The notes below the pieces were generated by a model. The model saw nothing but the letters and a program-made list of their open reading frames with translations, ran no database searches and was not told where the DNA came from. 64,000 nt of DNA from a phage. Numbering within the stretch: the stretch's first letter is position 1; each line of letters opens with the position of its first letter. A program made the translations under genes and the position numbers. Location: assembly GCA_028130375.1 (NCBI GenBank), contig GCA_028130375.1_3658.1, one strand, 5' to 3'. Positions 18,758 through 27,655 of the stretch are shown piece by piece.

Positions 18758-18877
18758 ATGAGCACTACACGCCAATACACAAAGGTAACTATTATCGTTT
18801 GCGTTGTCGGTTACATCCTGGCGCAAATGTTAATGAGTAGCGCTAACAGTTTTGCAAAATTTTTCTTAAATTTTTAA
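18758..18877 (+). CDS. small hydrophobic peptide (39 aa)
   Basis: Not in the track; RBS AAAAAGGGGG; MSTTRQYTKVTIIVCVVGYILAQMLMSSANSFAKFFLNF. Confidence 0.3.
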   Translation: MSTTRQYTKVTIIVCVVGYILAQMLMSSANSFAKFFLNF

Positions 18878-18905
18878 TTGACAAACTGACTTAGATCGAT
18901 ATACT
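18878..18905 (+). promoter_or_regulatory. sigma70-like promoter (TTGACA-16-TATACT)
   Basis: -35 at 18878-18883, -10 at 18900-18905; followed by 5' hairpin GGGAA-AAC-TTCCC at 18919-18931. Confidence 0.5.
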
Positions 18906-18956
18906 TAAACACGTAAACGGGAAAACTTCCCAGAGCACACAAAAGGAGAAAACACC

Positions 18957-19298
18957 ATGACTACTATGACCGCCGCAGAAAAAGCTATGCAGATCGCCGC
19001 GCTGAAAAAACAGATCGCAGACCTTGAGAACAAGATCGATAACTTTGAAATCGACGAGGACAAGTACGACGAAAACTATGATGAATGGTTAGACGAGATC
19101 TACGGCGAAATTATGATCGGAAACATTTCTTTTCTTCCGTCGCGTATCCTCAAGGAGCTAGATCCTATCGCTTACCGCTGCGGATTTGGCGACTACATCG
19201 ACAGCCTGGATATTGAGGACGATGAAGAATACCAGGAACTACAGACAGAGTTAGAAGAAGCAAAAGAAGAGCTTGCGGAGCTGGAAGAAAACGAGTAA
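18957..19298 (+). CDS. hypothetical acidic coiled-coil protein
   Basis: 113 aa; Glu/Asp-rich helical repeats; RBS AAAGGAGAA. Confidence 0.55.
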   Translation: MTTMTAAEKAMQIAALKKQIADLENKIDNFEIDEDKYDENYDEWLDEIYGEIMIGNISFLPSRILKELDPIAYRCGFGDYIDSLDIEDDEEYQELQTELEEAKEELAELEENE

Positions 19299-19299
19299 G

Positions 19300-19345
19300 A
19301 TTATTTTTAGATGGCCTTGACTTCAGGGCCATCAATAAAGTAAAC
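19300..19345 (+). repeat. repeated 46-bp promoter/stem-loop element, copy 2
   Basis: Identical to copy 1. Confidence 0.6.
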
Positions 19346-19387
19346 TTTATACTGTTAACACTGAACTAATTCAGAGGAGTTAAAACC

Positions 19388-19633
19388 ATGGCAGCACTAA
19401 TCACCAAATATTATGCCCCTACCAACACCAAAAGCGCCCGTATCATGGTAAAAGGCTTCGGACGTAAAAAGGTTTACACCTGGGATTATGCCTTAGACAC
19501 GGAAGACAACTACACCAACGCGATGACCGATTTTATTAATGATCTGAACACGCGGATCTTGACAAATTATAAAATTACCGATATTGCCTATATAGGGGAA
19601 GGCGGGATCTGTTTTGTCGGTATCGTCAAATAA
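19388..19633 (+). CDS. hypothetical protein
   Basis: 81 aa; RBS AGAGGAG. Confidence 0.5.
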   Translation: MAALITKYYAPTNTKSARIMVKGFGRKKVYTWDYALDTEDNYTNAMTDFINDLNTRILTNYKITDIAYIGEGGICFVGIVK

Positions 19634-19709
19634 GCTGTTTTTTCGGTGGTCCTGGTAGCAGGGCCATCTATAAAGATAGTTTATCAACACAATGAAAGGA
19701 GAAAGTAAC

Positions 19710-20063
19710 ATGATCAGCGGGGCAAGTTTTATTATTGGCGCTATTGCTACGGCTTTAATTGTAAACAAGATCCAATCCAAAAACGAAAAAGAGAGCAACG
19801 CGCTTACAGAATACCCATTTTGGGTATTCAACGACAATGAAGACTACATTATCAAGTACAAGGATGAGAAAGGGGACCAGGTAACACCGAGACCGATCCC
19901 AGCTTACAAGATGCAAGAAACATTATACCGCTTAAAGGCTGGCGGCGCAAAAATCGTAGACTTTTGGGGATATGATTGCAAGGATCAGGAGACTATAAAA
20001 CGTCGTATCCGGGCGATTCAGGCAAATATTGAGATCAGTAAAGGGGGCGTTTATGAAAATTAA
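19710..20063 (+). CDS. hypothetical protein with N-terminal transmembrane segment
   Basis: ATG 19710 behind AAAGGAGAAAG; ..ASFIIGAIATALIV.. Confidence 0.5.
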   Translation: MISGASFIIGAIATALIVNKIQSKNEKESNALTEYPFWVFNDNEDYIIKYKDEKGDQVTPRPIPAYKMQETLYRLKAGGAKIVDFWGYDCKDQETIKRRIRAIQANIEISKGGVYEN

Positions 20064-20250
20064 TTTCGAAAAAATTGTAAAGCGCCCCCACGATTCCGAA
20101 GAGCTGCCGGAACGCCGCCAGCGTAACAATAAACTGAATAAACCGAAAAGGTTCGGGAAGATCTGGAGAAATCACTATGATCGCAAATTACCGAGCCTGC
20201 TTTTGGAACGTGAACGACAGGCGGAACGATACCGCCACAAAGACAAATAG
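20053..20250 (+). CDS. small basic protein
   Basis: ATG 20053 behind AAAGGGGG; Arg/Lys rich. Confidence 0.35.
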   Translation: MKINFEKIVKRPHDSEELPERRQRNNKLNKPKRFGKIWRNHYDRKLPSLLLERERQAERYRHKDK

Positions 20251-20431
20251 CAACCAACGCCCCGCCATTGTGAGGGGCTTTTTATTTCTATCCCGCCGAT
20301 AGCGCCCCTGGTTGGCCCTACAAGCGCCATAAAGGCCCCTACCTATGCAATCCCCTTTCTTAACCTGAAAACAGCGTCTAGGGCCGTTTTATGGCGTTAA
20401 AAATATTATTGACAGTGATTCTATTTAAAGC

Positions 20432-20460
20432 TTGACACCTTGGGATAGTCCGGATATACT
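20432..20460 (+). promoter_or_regulatory. sigma70-like promoter (TTGACA-17-TATACT), with a second TTGACA at 20409
   Basis: -35 at 20432-20437, -10 at 20455-20460. Confidence 0.5.
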
Positions 20461-20495
20461 AACCACATCAAAGCAAGAAGGAAGGAGTAAACGCC

Positions 20496-20756
20496 ATGCG
20501 TAAATTAAAAAATTTTGATAAAGTCGATGTTGTCCTGAATAATTTTTACTACTGCAATAATAAAGCCGTTTGGTGGCGTGATAGTTCCACCGATAAAGTT
20601 AAAGCGCGCTTTCTCCAAGGGCACTGGCAAGGCCGTCCAGTGATTAAAATCCTGGGGCAATTGGTAGCGTTTAAAAATTGCCGCCGTGTTGATGACGTTG
20701 AAGAGATTCTAAACATTTTACGCCACAATAATTTAAAAAATAGTGTTGACAAGTAA
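20496..20756 (+). CDS. hypothetical protein
   Basis: 86 aa; RBS GAAGGAAGGAG. Confidence 0.5.
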   Translation: MRKLKNFDKVDVVLNNFYYCNNKAVWWRDSSTDKVKARFLQGHWQGRPVIKILGQLVAFKNCRRVDDVEEILNILRHNNLKNSVDK

Positions 20757-20773
20757 GTCTCAATAAGTATACT
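20746..20773 (+). promoter_or_regulatory. sigma70-like promoter (TTGACA-16-TATACT)
   Basis: -35 at 20746-20751; followed by 5' hairpin GGCGGGAA-GTT-TTCCCGCC at 20784-20802. Confidence 0.5.
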
Positions 20774-20830
20774 TAAACACACAGGCGGGAAGTTTTCCCG
20801 CCACTAACAAAGAAAATAGGAGAAAATATC

Positions 20831-21454
20831 ATGACCACCGTTAACATTACTACAGGTTACAATTTATCTTTCGACGTGCTGACCGGCGAACAAAAAGAAA
20901 AAGCTGTTGAAATGGTCCGCGAAAGAGAAGAACACAGCGGGGATAACTTTTTTGCAGAAAGTGTAATTGAGTACTATAAAGAATATGTTTTTCCAGAGTA
21001 TGGCCTTGAAGATACCGAAATACATTGGTCCGGCTTTTGGTGTCAAGGCGACGGCGCATCAATTAGCGCTGAAAATGTAAACTTAGAAAAATTCTTGCGT
21101 AAGGTTAAAGCGCTTACAAAATTCCGCTTAATTAGACACTTGTTCGGCACAATGCATGATGGCGAACTGTCAGCCAGCGTTGAACGTATCCCGTTTAGCC
21201 ATTATCATCACGAAAACACAATAGGCGGGTGCATCGATACCAATTGGCTAGACCTGACCACCAAGCAAGAGGATAAAGTTGAAGAGCTGGAAGAGCTGAT
21301 CACCGAGACGGTACGGGAGTTATCCCGCAAGGTTTACGTAGACCTGGAGCAAGCCTATCTTGAACAATTCACCACCGAAAACCTGATCGGCCTTATCGAG
21401 GCCAATGATTGGCGGTTTGATGTGGATGAATATGGCGAGATGACTTTTTCATAA
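20831..21454 (+). CDS. hypothetical protein
   Basis: 207 aa; RBS AATAGGAGAAA. Confidence 0.55.
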   Translation: MTTVNITTGYNLSFDVLTGEQKEKAVEMVREREEHSGDNFFAESVIEYYKEYVFPEYGLEDTEIHWSGFWCQGDGASISAENVNLEKFLRKVKALTKFRLIRHLFGTMHDGELSASVERIPFSHYHHENTIGGCIDTNWLDLTTKQEDKVEELEELITETVRELSRKVYVDLEQAYLEQFTTENLIGLIEANDWRFDVDEYGEMTFS

Positions 21455-21462
21455 ATAAAGTG

Positions 21463-21490
21463 TTGCAATAACCTAAAAACCTGCTATATT
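21463..21490 (+). promoter_or_regulatory. sigma70-like promoter (TTGCAA-16-TATATT)
   Basis: Followed by 5' hairpin GGGGCAA..TTGCCCC at 21500-21518. Confidence 0.45.
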
Positions 21491-21542
21491 AGAACTCAAG
21501 GGGCAAGAAGTTTGCCCCACACAAAACAAAGAGGAAAACATC

Positions 21543-21923
21543 ATGAAAAGCACCACTAAAGCCATTGACACCGTTATGTTTAACCTGGTTACCTTTCGCG
21601 AGGATATGAAAGATCTTCCACGTGAAACAGTGCGCGATCACATTGAAAACTATCGCAAACTAATCAAAGAGTTGCCTTTAAAACGTGACCAGTACGCGGC
21701 TAACGCTATGCTTAACGCTATGATCAAGAAAATGATCCAGTGTGATTTGACTTTAGCTTATGATTATGCAGGTGGTCGTTTTGCAGTATACAATCAGCCC
21801 GTGCCCGGTATGAGCACCACCGAAGAATTGCACGCGTTAAATCTGAAACAAGATGTATGGGATAACATGCCCCGCGTGGTGGTGTGGGCAGAAAGCGGAA
21901 AGATTTACGGCGATAATTTTTAA
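21543..21923 (+). CDS. hypothetical protein
   Basis: 126 aa; RBS AAAGAGGAAAA. Confidence 0.55.
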   Translation: MKSTTKAIDTVMFNLVTFREDMKDLPRETVRDHIENYRKLIKELPLKRDQYAANAMLNAMIKKMIQCDLTLAYDYAGGRFAVYNQPVPGMSTTEELHALNLKQDVWDNMPRVVVWAESGKIYGDNF

Positions 21924-21933
21924 TCAGGTAACA

Positions 21934-21959
21934 GGCGGCATATTTGCCGCCTTATTGTT
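21934..21959 (+). terminator. intrinsic terminator (GGCGGCA-TATT-TGCCGCC, T-rich tail)
   Basis: 7-bp stem then TTATTGTT. Confidence 0.5.
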
Positions 21960-21987
21960 AAACAGAACTGCAAAAGAGGTACATAGA

Positions 21988-22359
21988 ATGGAATTTATTA
22001 TTTTGGCTGTAGTAGTTGCCTTGTTCAACGCCTGGATAGCTGGCAAAATAGGTAGATCCGCTTTTCTATGGTTTGTTATATCTATTTTCCTGGGAGTGGT
22101 TGCAACCATTGTACTAGTTATCCTTGCAATTGTTGACAAGGATAATAATAAGAAGGGTAAAGTATTTTCCGACCTGTATGACGCCCAAACTTTTGTTAAC
22201 GCCTATTATAGTGATCTTCCGGTCTCCTTGCGCTGCAGCCTGGCGCAACAAGTTTTTGATGAGGCTAAAACCAGAGATCAAGCCCATGAGATATGTTTAA
22301 CTGAGGCGGATCGCCTATTTGAGAGGAATAGAAAATATGTGGGCCAACCGTTTAAATAA
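21988..22359 (+). CDS. putative membrane protein (two transmembrane segments)
   Basis: ATG 21988 behind AAAAGAGG; ..ILAVVVALFNAWIAGKIG.. and ..FVISIFLGVVATIVLVILAIV.. Confidence 0.5.
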   Translation: MEFIILAVVVALFNAWIAGKIGRSAFLWFVISIFLGVVATIVLVILAIVDKDNNKKGKVFSDLYDAQTFVNAYYSDLPVSLRCSLAQQVFDEAKTRDQAHEICLTEADRLFERNRKYVGQPFK

Positions 22360-22582
22360 TGCCACGTTAATTAATCCCTTTAGTGAAGATTTGAAGCCAG
22401 CCGCCTGGCGTGACGGATTCAATAACGAACGCTTTATTTTCAGGCCTGATCTTGAGGAATTTTATAACAATGGATCGAACAACAGCGGAGATAATTTTTC
22501 TTGTGGTGTGTGTCGTGATGGTACTCCTGGGGGCCATTGTAAACCACGTCACTACTACCAGGAGGAAAGGGGGAGACGATGA
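22337..22582 (+). CDS. hypothetical protein (frame choice uncertain)
   Basis: ATG 22337 behind GAGAGG; an overlapping alternative frame (22410-22595) encodes a hydrophobic peptide. Confidence 0.3.
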   Translation: MWANRLNNATLINPFSEDLKPAAWRDGFNNERFIFRPDLEEFYNNGSNNSGDNFSCGVCRDGTPGGHCKPRHYYQEERGRR

Positions 22583-22698
22583 CAACCAAGGATAAGCCAT
22601 GCACCGATAAGGTGCGCCGCGTTATGGTATGGCTTGAGATTATCGCCCTTGAAATATTGCTAGGAGTAGGGATGTACTTTATCGCTGTAAGTAACTAG
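22579..22698 (+). CDS. small hydrophobic peptide (39 aa)
   Basis: Not in the track; strong RBS AGGAGGAAAGGGGGAG; MTTKDKPCTDKVRRVMVWLEIIALEILLGVGMYFIAVSN; followed by a terminator. Confidence 0.35.
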   Translation: MTTKDKPCTDKVRRVMVWLEIIALEILLGVGMYFIAVSN

Positions 22699-22702
22699 GA
22701 AC

Positions 22703-22731
22703 GGCCCCCGATCATGGGGGCCTATCTTTTT
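22703..22731 (+). terminator. intrinsic terminator (GGCCCCC-GATCAT-GGGGGCC, TATCTTTTT)
   Basis: 7-bp GC stem followed by T-tract. Confidence 0.6.
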
Positions 22732-22837
22732 AAAAAATTTTTCTTCCGTGGTGTTGCAATCCGGTCCGGAATGTGGATAATAACAATCAACGGGGAGCTA
22801 ATCCCCACCACCACAAAAACCAGAAAGGAGAAACAAA

Positions 22838-23038
22838 ATGAGCAACAATATCCGCGTTATTAACTTCAAAAAAGAAGAAAAAATTGCCGTGCTGATTGAC
22901 GGTCAAGAAATCTTCAAGGGCGACTATGAAGATCATCAAACGGCGATTAGTATCACTCGCGTGATTGGTTACCATAATTTTTACCCCCAAGGCGCTGAGG
23001 CAGCGGTTAAACGAATCAAAGAGATTGTAGGCCTGTAA
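22838..23038 (+). CDS. hypothetical protein
   Basis: 66 aa; RBS AAAGGAGAAA. Confidence 0.5.
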   Translation: MSNNIRVINFKKEEKIAVLIDGQEIFKGDYEDHQTAISITRVIGYHNFYPQGAEAAVKRIKEIVGL

Positions 23039-23041
23039 AAT

Positions 23042-23087
23042 TTATTTTTAGATGGCCTTGACTCCAGGGCCATCAATAAAGTAAATT
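23042..23087 (+). repeat. repeated 46-bp promoter/stem-loop element, copy 3
   Basis: TTATTTTTAGATGGCCTTGACTCCAGGGCCATCAATAAAGTAAATT, two mismatches to copies 1 and 2. Confidence 0.6.
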
Positions 23088-23131
23088 TAAACCCTGTTAA
23101 AATACCACACAGTTAACAAGGAGTGATAGAC

Positions 23132-23431
23132 ATGTTTATCCAGGCTAATAATCTTTATTTCTTTGATGGTCAGATCGTAGATGGTGTGGAAGTGGAGATC
23201 ACCGGGTGCCCTGGCGGTCAGGCTATGACTTTTCGGAATAATGCCTTTGATGATTCTCATATCGTTATGAGAATGGAAGTTACGAAGCTGGACGACAAGA
23301 AAACACTTATTGACTATTCTGTGAAAGATCATCCAGACTACCGCATGATCCATGGCGATTTGTGCATTGTTGACCGTGACAAGGTGGGCGGCATTGTGAT
23401 CGCTATTGTGAACGATGTTTTCTCAAACTAA
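23132..23431 (+). CDS. hypothetical protein
   Basis: ATG 23132 behind CAAGGAG. Confidence 0.5.
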   Translation: MFIQANNLYFFDGQIVDGVEVEITGCPGGQAMTFRNNAFDDSHIVMRMEVTKLDDKKTLIDYSVKDHPDYRMIHGDLCIVDRDKVGGIVIAIVNDVFSN

Positions 23432-23448
23432 TTTCAGCAGGCGATTTT

Positions 23449-23799
23449 ATGAAAGTCAAACTATATTACCTTAATGAGCTTAACCCCCTTGCCCAGGTCC
23501 GCGCCCTAGCTAATACCTTGATTTGTGAGAAATCTGTATATTGTGTTGAGCTTAACGCCATGCGTGAACGTCTCAAAGGTGGTTACTTTGACATCCATGC
23601 TGCAATCAACGGCCTGAATATAGAATTTATACGCTTACGTAACAGCCGCCGGAATCTGGCAAGAATGGAACAAGATCCGGCCCACCTTCGTAAGCTGGTT
23701 ATTGAAAATCATCTGATGTTTAATGCCGAGGGTGATTATTACCATTTTCACCGCAAACGCTGGTACCGTGGCGGCAATACAGGCAAGAATGCAAAATAA
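23449..23799 (+). CDS. hypothetical protein
   Basis: 116 aa ORF. Confidence 0.5.
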   Translation: MKVKLYYLNELNPLAQVRALANTLICEKSVYCVELNAMRERLKGGYFDIHAAINGLNIEFIRLRNSRRNLARMEQDPAHLRKLVIENHLMFNAEGDYYHFHRKRWYRGGNTGKNAK

Positions 23800-24001
23800 G
23801 GCCCCAGGCAGGGCCTACAGCGACCTAAACACTAGCAGGCTATGCAATCGCATAGCCTTTATTGTTTTGACGTTACAACGGCCCTAAGGTGCTTAAAAAA
23901 AAATTTTAAATAAAGGCTTGCATCAAGTCGAACAATATGGATAATAAGAGGTGTAGGGAGGTGATGCCTCCAATCATTAACAAAAACAGGAGTTAAAGAA
24001 T

Positions 24002-24286
24002 ATGGCTATTGTTACCGCTGGCGATGTAGTAAAAATGGAAGCGAAGTATTTAAAAGCTGGTATGCATATCATCCGCAATGATCTTGAACTGGTCCTCACT
24101 ATGGTTGATTATAACCCTGGTCAAGATTATCCAAGTGTTGACTACTTTTTTGAGTATGTCGATGAAGAGCTAAAAGAGGATGAGGCCTACTGCGGAGAAT
24201 TCTGCAACTACTTTTGCCCTGACGAGGTTGTAAAAGTTATCTACCAACCTGGCGTACCTTTCCCGCTACACGCTATCAATAAATAA
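24002..24286 (+). CDS. hypothetical protein
   Basis: 94 aa; RBS ACAGGAG. Confidence 0.5.
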   Translation: MAIVTAGDVVKMEAKYLKAGMHIIRNDLELVLTMVDYNPGQDYPSVDYFFEYVDEELKEDEAYCGEFCNYFCPDEVVKVIYQPGVPFPLHAINK

Positions 24287-24341
24287 ACCCGGCGGGGCCG
24301 AAAAGGCCCCCAATTATGAAAATAAAGAGAGGTAAATCATC

Positions 24342-24575
24342 ATGATGGAACAAATTAAACGCACTGAGGCTATTAATGGCAATGTGATCTATTTTGTCAG
24401 CAAAAACGAAAAAGGCGTACCCTATGCGGCGGTAACAGTACAACCTGACGGCGATTATTGGTTTACTGTGTACGGCGCTTATTCTTTTGGGCGTCCAGTG
24501 CATGATAAAATTTTGAAAGTAGCGAACCCTACCGGGAAGAATATCACAGCAGAAAAATTTTTTGAAAATAGTTGA
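24342..24575 (+). CDS. hypothetical protein
   Basis: 77 aa; RBS AAAGAGAGG. Confidence 0.5.
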   Translation: MMEQIKRTEAINGNVIYFVSKNEKGVPYAAVTVQPDGDYWFTVYGAYSFGRPVHDKILKVANPTGKNITAEKFFENS

Positions 24576-24650
24576 CATGACCATATAAGACTGTAATATA
24601 TAAATCAAAGGGGGCAACAAGCCCCACCAACCACAAAGAGGATAAAAATC

Positions 24651-24830
24651 ATGGCTATTATTGCAAAGACTGAGATCGTAGGCTTAGATTCTATTCTCCT
24701 CGCATATGAGGAAGCTATAGAAATGTATGTGGTTTCCTATGGTGAGTATATCCGTGAATATAAATCTATTGATCTGGCTTTTGAATGTTATATTCGCCAG
24801 GTTAATAAAGCGTACGATGATTATCGTTAA
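24651..24830 (+). CDS. small hypothetical protein (59 aa)
   Basis: Not in the track; RBS AAAGAGGA; preceded by a promoter and 5' hairpin. Confidence 0.4.
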   Translation: MAIIAKTEIVGLDSILLAYEEAIEMYVVSYGEYIREYKSIDLAFECYIRQVNKAYDDYR

Positions 24831-24921
24831 AATAGTTTGACAACAAACAACCATCTAACAAAGCATAATACATAAGGTGGTAGAATGATCCGCCACCCGG
24901 AACAAAGAAGAGGTAAACACC

Positions 24922-25026
24922 ATGAAACAAAAATTAATTGATGCTGTGATCCTGGTTATTGCCCTGGGTATTGGCCTGATTGCAACCATGGCTAATATGA
25001 TCTTGTCTTCCAACGGTATCTGGTGA
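24922..25026 (+). CDS. small hydrophobic peptide (34 aa)
   Basis: RBS AAGAAGAGG; MKQKLIDAVILVIALGIGLIATMANMILSSNGIW. Confidence 0.3.
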   Translation: MKQKLIDAVILVIALGIGLIATMANMILSSNGIW

Positions 25027-25035
25027 GGTTGGCAA

Positions 25036-25251
25036 ATGATCACTAACAAAACAGGCAAAACAGAATTTTTACGCAACTTACAGATCGGCAAGCCTGAGAT
25101 CTGGTATTGCACTAAAACACCACGTGACGAAATGAAAGACTTCACCGCCACGTTGCAACGGGTAAAGATATCCATCACGCAGAAAAAGGCCTTATTAGTG
25201 GTGGAAGGTGAGATCCCCCAAACCGTTGTTATAGTTGAGCGTACAGCATAG
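25036..25251 (+). CDS. hypothetical protein
   Basis: 71 aa ORF. Confidence 0.4.
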   Translation: MITNKTGKTEFLRNLQIGKPEIWYCTKTPRDEMKDFTATLQRVKISITQKKALLVVEGEIPQTVVIVERTA

Positions 25252-25342
25252 TTTAATTTATACCGATACCCGAAAATTAACCAACAAAGCATAAACAGGC
25301 GGTTACCGCCGCCTTAAACGTAGCAGAAAGAGGATAGACACA

Positions 25343-25627
25343 ATGAAAAAGATGATCGCAGTGGTTGCCCTGGTTGTTGGACTTAATGCGCCTGTAATGG
25401 CTAAAGAGCTGGCAAAAGAGGTTAATCTAACGGATATTCATGCCGTCAATAAAATCGGGGTTACTTATCGCTTATGCCTTGCCGCTAAAACTTTCCAGGA
25501 CGGCACGACAGAGTACTACGGATTCGAGGGTATCCGGTGCGGTGAGCTTGCTCGCGACCTTAAGGAAGATCCAGACCTGGAAGATCTGCCCATCACCGTA
25601 AACGGTAAAGCTTACGTAAACCGTTAA
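25343..25627 (+). CDS. putative secreted protein (N-terminal signal peptide)
   Basis: MKKMIAVVALVVGLNAPVMA.. signal-like N-terminus; RBS AAAGAGGA. Confidence 0.5.
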   Translation: MKKMIAVVALVVGLNAPVMAKELAKEVNLTDIHAVNKIGVTYRLCLAAKTFQDGTTEYYGFEGIRCGELARDLKEDPDLEDLPITVNGKAYVNR

Positions 25628-25629
25628 CC

Positions 25630-25764
25630 ATGAGAAAGATAATCATCACCTTGGGGATTGTGGCGGGATCGCTGGCGCTCTTTCCCCTTATGGTTAGGTA
25701 TGTGCTGATCAGTATTGTCCTGGTAGTCAGTGATCTATTGGAAACGGTTGGCACCTTGTTTTAA
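25630..25764 (+). CDS. small hydrophobic peptide (44 aa)
   Basis: ATG 2 nt after upstream stop; two hydrophobic segments. Confidence 0.3.
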   Translation: MRKIIITLGIVAGSLALFPLMVRYVLISIVLVVSDLLETVGTLF

Positions 25765-25779
25765 AGAGCGATAAAAAAA

Positions 25780-25971
25780 ATGAATGTCGAACAAGTTAGA
25801 AAGGTATTGGCGGTACTGCGTTATCATAATCATAGAAAGGTCATAGACGATCCTGATTATGTCGATTCAAACCTGGAAGAGGATACACTACAAGCCATAA
25901 GTAACATGCAAGAATTGCTAAAGCGCATGACAGAGAAAAACCGACCGGACTACATAGGCGAAAAAATATAA
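25780..25971 (+). CDS. hypothetical protein
   Basis: 63 aa ORF. Confidence 0.45.
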   Translation: MNVEQVRKVLAVLRYHNHRKVIDDPDYVDSNLEEDTLQAISNMQELLKRMTEKNRPDYIGEKI

Positions 25972-26031
25972 TATTTATAAACTACAAAACAGGGCTTGCA
26001 ATGGTCCTGTTTTTTGTTATACTTATTCCAC

Positions 26032-26074
26032 GGCAGGCACCTGGCGACGGGGGAGACAATCACCGGGCCTGCCT
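26032..26074. repeat. GC-rich hairpin element related to the 16.9-17.4 kb repeats
   Basis: GGCAGGC..GCCTGCC stem encloses CACCTGGCG and GGGAGACAATCACCGGG, the exact reverse complement of 16923-16939. Confidence 0.5.
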
Positions 26075-26181
26075 GTCATATAAGAACTATAAAAACCGTT
26101 GACATCTGCCATGGGGTGGGGTAACATTTATCTTGAAGGGGCAAAAGTGCCCACACAACAACCAGGAGAGAGGAAAACATT

Positions 26182-26454
26182 ATGTCAAGCTGGATTAATC
26201 AAGAAGTCGAATCACGTTTTAATGCTATATGGGATCTCATCGAAAAAGAGGACGGAACATCAAGCCCCTACCTCAACAATTTGGAATTCCATTTTGTGGA
26301 AGCGATGAACGCAGAACATGATCACGAAGGTGGCGCGGATGAGTTCGCTAAAGGTTATGGCTTTAACAATGCCAACGAAATGATCGAGGCGGTAGTACTC
26401 CAGGCTGAGGAAGATTATCAATTAAAAACGCTTGAATTCTGCCGCCGTAAGTAA
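26182..26454 (+). CDS. hypothetical protein
   Basis: 90 aa; RBS AGGAGAGAGG. Confidence 0.5.
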   Translation: MSSWINQEVESRFNAIWDLIEKEDGTSSPYLNNLEFHFVEAMNAEHDHEGGADEFAKGYGFNNANEMIEAVVLQAEEDYQLKTLEFCRRK

Positions 26455-26514
26455 TAAGATAATGACACGGGCCAAAAGGCCCACTAATCAGAACCACACA
26501 AAGAGAGAAAGAAA

Positions 26515-26733
26515 ATGACAACCCGTAAAATTAAAGTTGTTTGCATTGAATCGACTGGGGGCGCTTTTGTAGTTGGTCAGGAATATAATGCGGTTTTAAT
26601 GGGTACGGATTGGAAGGTTAAAGGCCTTAATGGTTACGAGTACGGCACTACTTGCGGCTTGCGTGGTCGAATCGGATACGTGAGTTTAGACAATAAAGAA
26701 AAATTTGTTTTCGACACCCTTGTGAGTAAATAG
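26515..26733 (+). CDS. hypothetical protein
   Basis: 72 aa; RBS AAAGAGAGAAAG. Confidence 0.5.
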   Translation: MTTRKIKVVCIESTGGAFVVGQEYNAVLMGTDWKVKGLNGYEYGTTCGLRGRIGYVSLDNKEKFVFDTLVSK

Positions 26734-26810
26734 CATGAATTGCTAAAGACTGATCTGCGAACTGCTGTATTATCAACTAATCAAAACGAACCACATAAAG
26801 AGTAAACATC

Positions 26811-27074
26811 ATGAAACGTCTGGATCAGCTTAAATTAGTTCAGTACATGGCCTACAGAATTCTTGAAGTCCAAAAAGGTAGCAAAAAAGAGGTTTGCGAG
26901 AAAGCTTATAAGATCTTTACCCGCAAAAAAGATGACTGGATGCTGCGCCAGACCAAAAAGGCTGACATCTTGGGGTACCTGGAAGAAGAGATCCGCCTTG
27001 AAGAGCAAGAAGAGATCCGCCGTAGTGAGGCAGATTATCAGGCAGCTTGGGAAAGCTGGATGAGTAACAAATAA
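26811..27074 (+). CDS. hypothetical protein
   Basis: 87 aa; an alternative overlapping frame exists. Confidence 0.45.
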   Translation: MKRLDQLKLVQYMAYRILEVQKGSKKEVCEKAYKIFTRKKDDWMLRQTKKADILGYLEEEIRLEEQEEIRRSEADYQAAWESWMSNK

Positions 27075-27139
27075 TACAACAAGTTACGGTCAGGGGGTAA
27101 TAAAGCCCCTTGATCACATAAAAATTATGCTATCCCTGG

Positions 27140-27169
27140 TTGACAGGGATCGGCAGTTTTGCTATATTC
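27140..27169 (+). promoter_or_regulatory. sigma70-like promoter (TTGACA-18-TATATT)
   Basis: -35 at 27140-27145, -10 at 27164-27169. Confidence 0.45.
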
Positions 27170-27217
27170 TTTTTTGAAGGGAAGTTGTAAGAAAATTAAC
27201 TAAGAGGTAAAAACACC

Positions 27218-27637
27218 ATGAACATTAAATCTAATAATCCGGCATATAGCTTTGATAACGCTTTTTGTCACGGTCCGGCGGCGAAAGGATTCGAAATCGA
27301 TGGTAAACTAATTATTGTCAATGTTGACGGGGAAGAGGTTGCAGTATATCCGGTGGCAGACGTAAAAAGTCGTTTACAATGCCGCATGGATGTTACCGCC
27401 TACCAGCTTGATCCGGTCCGCATAGTTGCCCTGGTCCTGGAAGGAGAAATTAAAGCCATGCACCATAGCAACAGGTTTATTGGTGACGCTCAGGATAATA
27501 TGAAAGTATGCCGCCATAAAGTTAATGAAGTGCTTAAAGAGTACGGCTATAAAGATCTTATGATCAAACGTGAGGAAAAATTCCGCTACCGTAACGACCT
27601 GGCAAATCGGATTTTTGAAATATACGAATCATTATAA
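27218..27637 (+). CDS. hypothetical protein
   Basis: 139 aa; RBS TAAGAGG. Confidence 0.55.
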   Translation: MNIKSNNPAYSFDNAFCHGPAAKGFEIDGKLIIVNVDGEEVAVYPVADVKSRLQCRMDVTAYQLDPVRIVALVLEGEIKAMHHSNRFIGDAQDNMKVCRHKVNEVLKEYGYKDLMIKREEKFRYRNDLANRIFEIYESL

Positions 27638-27655
27638 TTTTTAACTGAATTATCA

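Noticed and set aside
22410-22595. Alternative-frame ORF encoding a hydrophobic peptide
   Set aside because: It overlaps 22337-22582 and 22579-22698 in a third frame; all three cannot be real and this one has the weakest ribosome-binding site.
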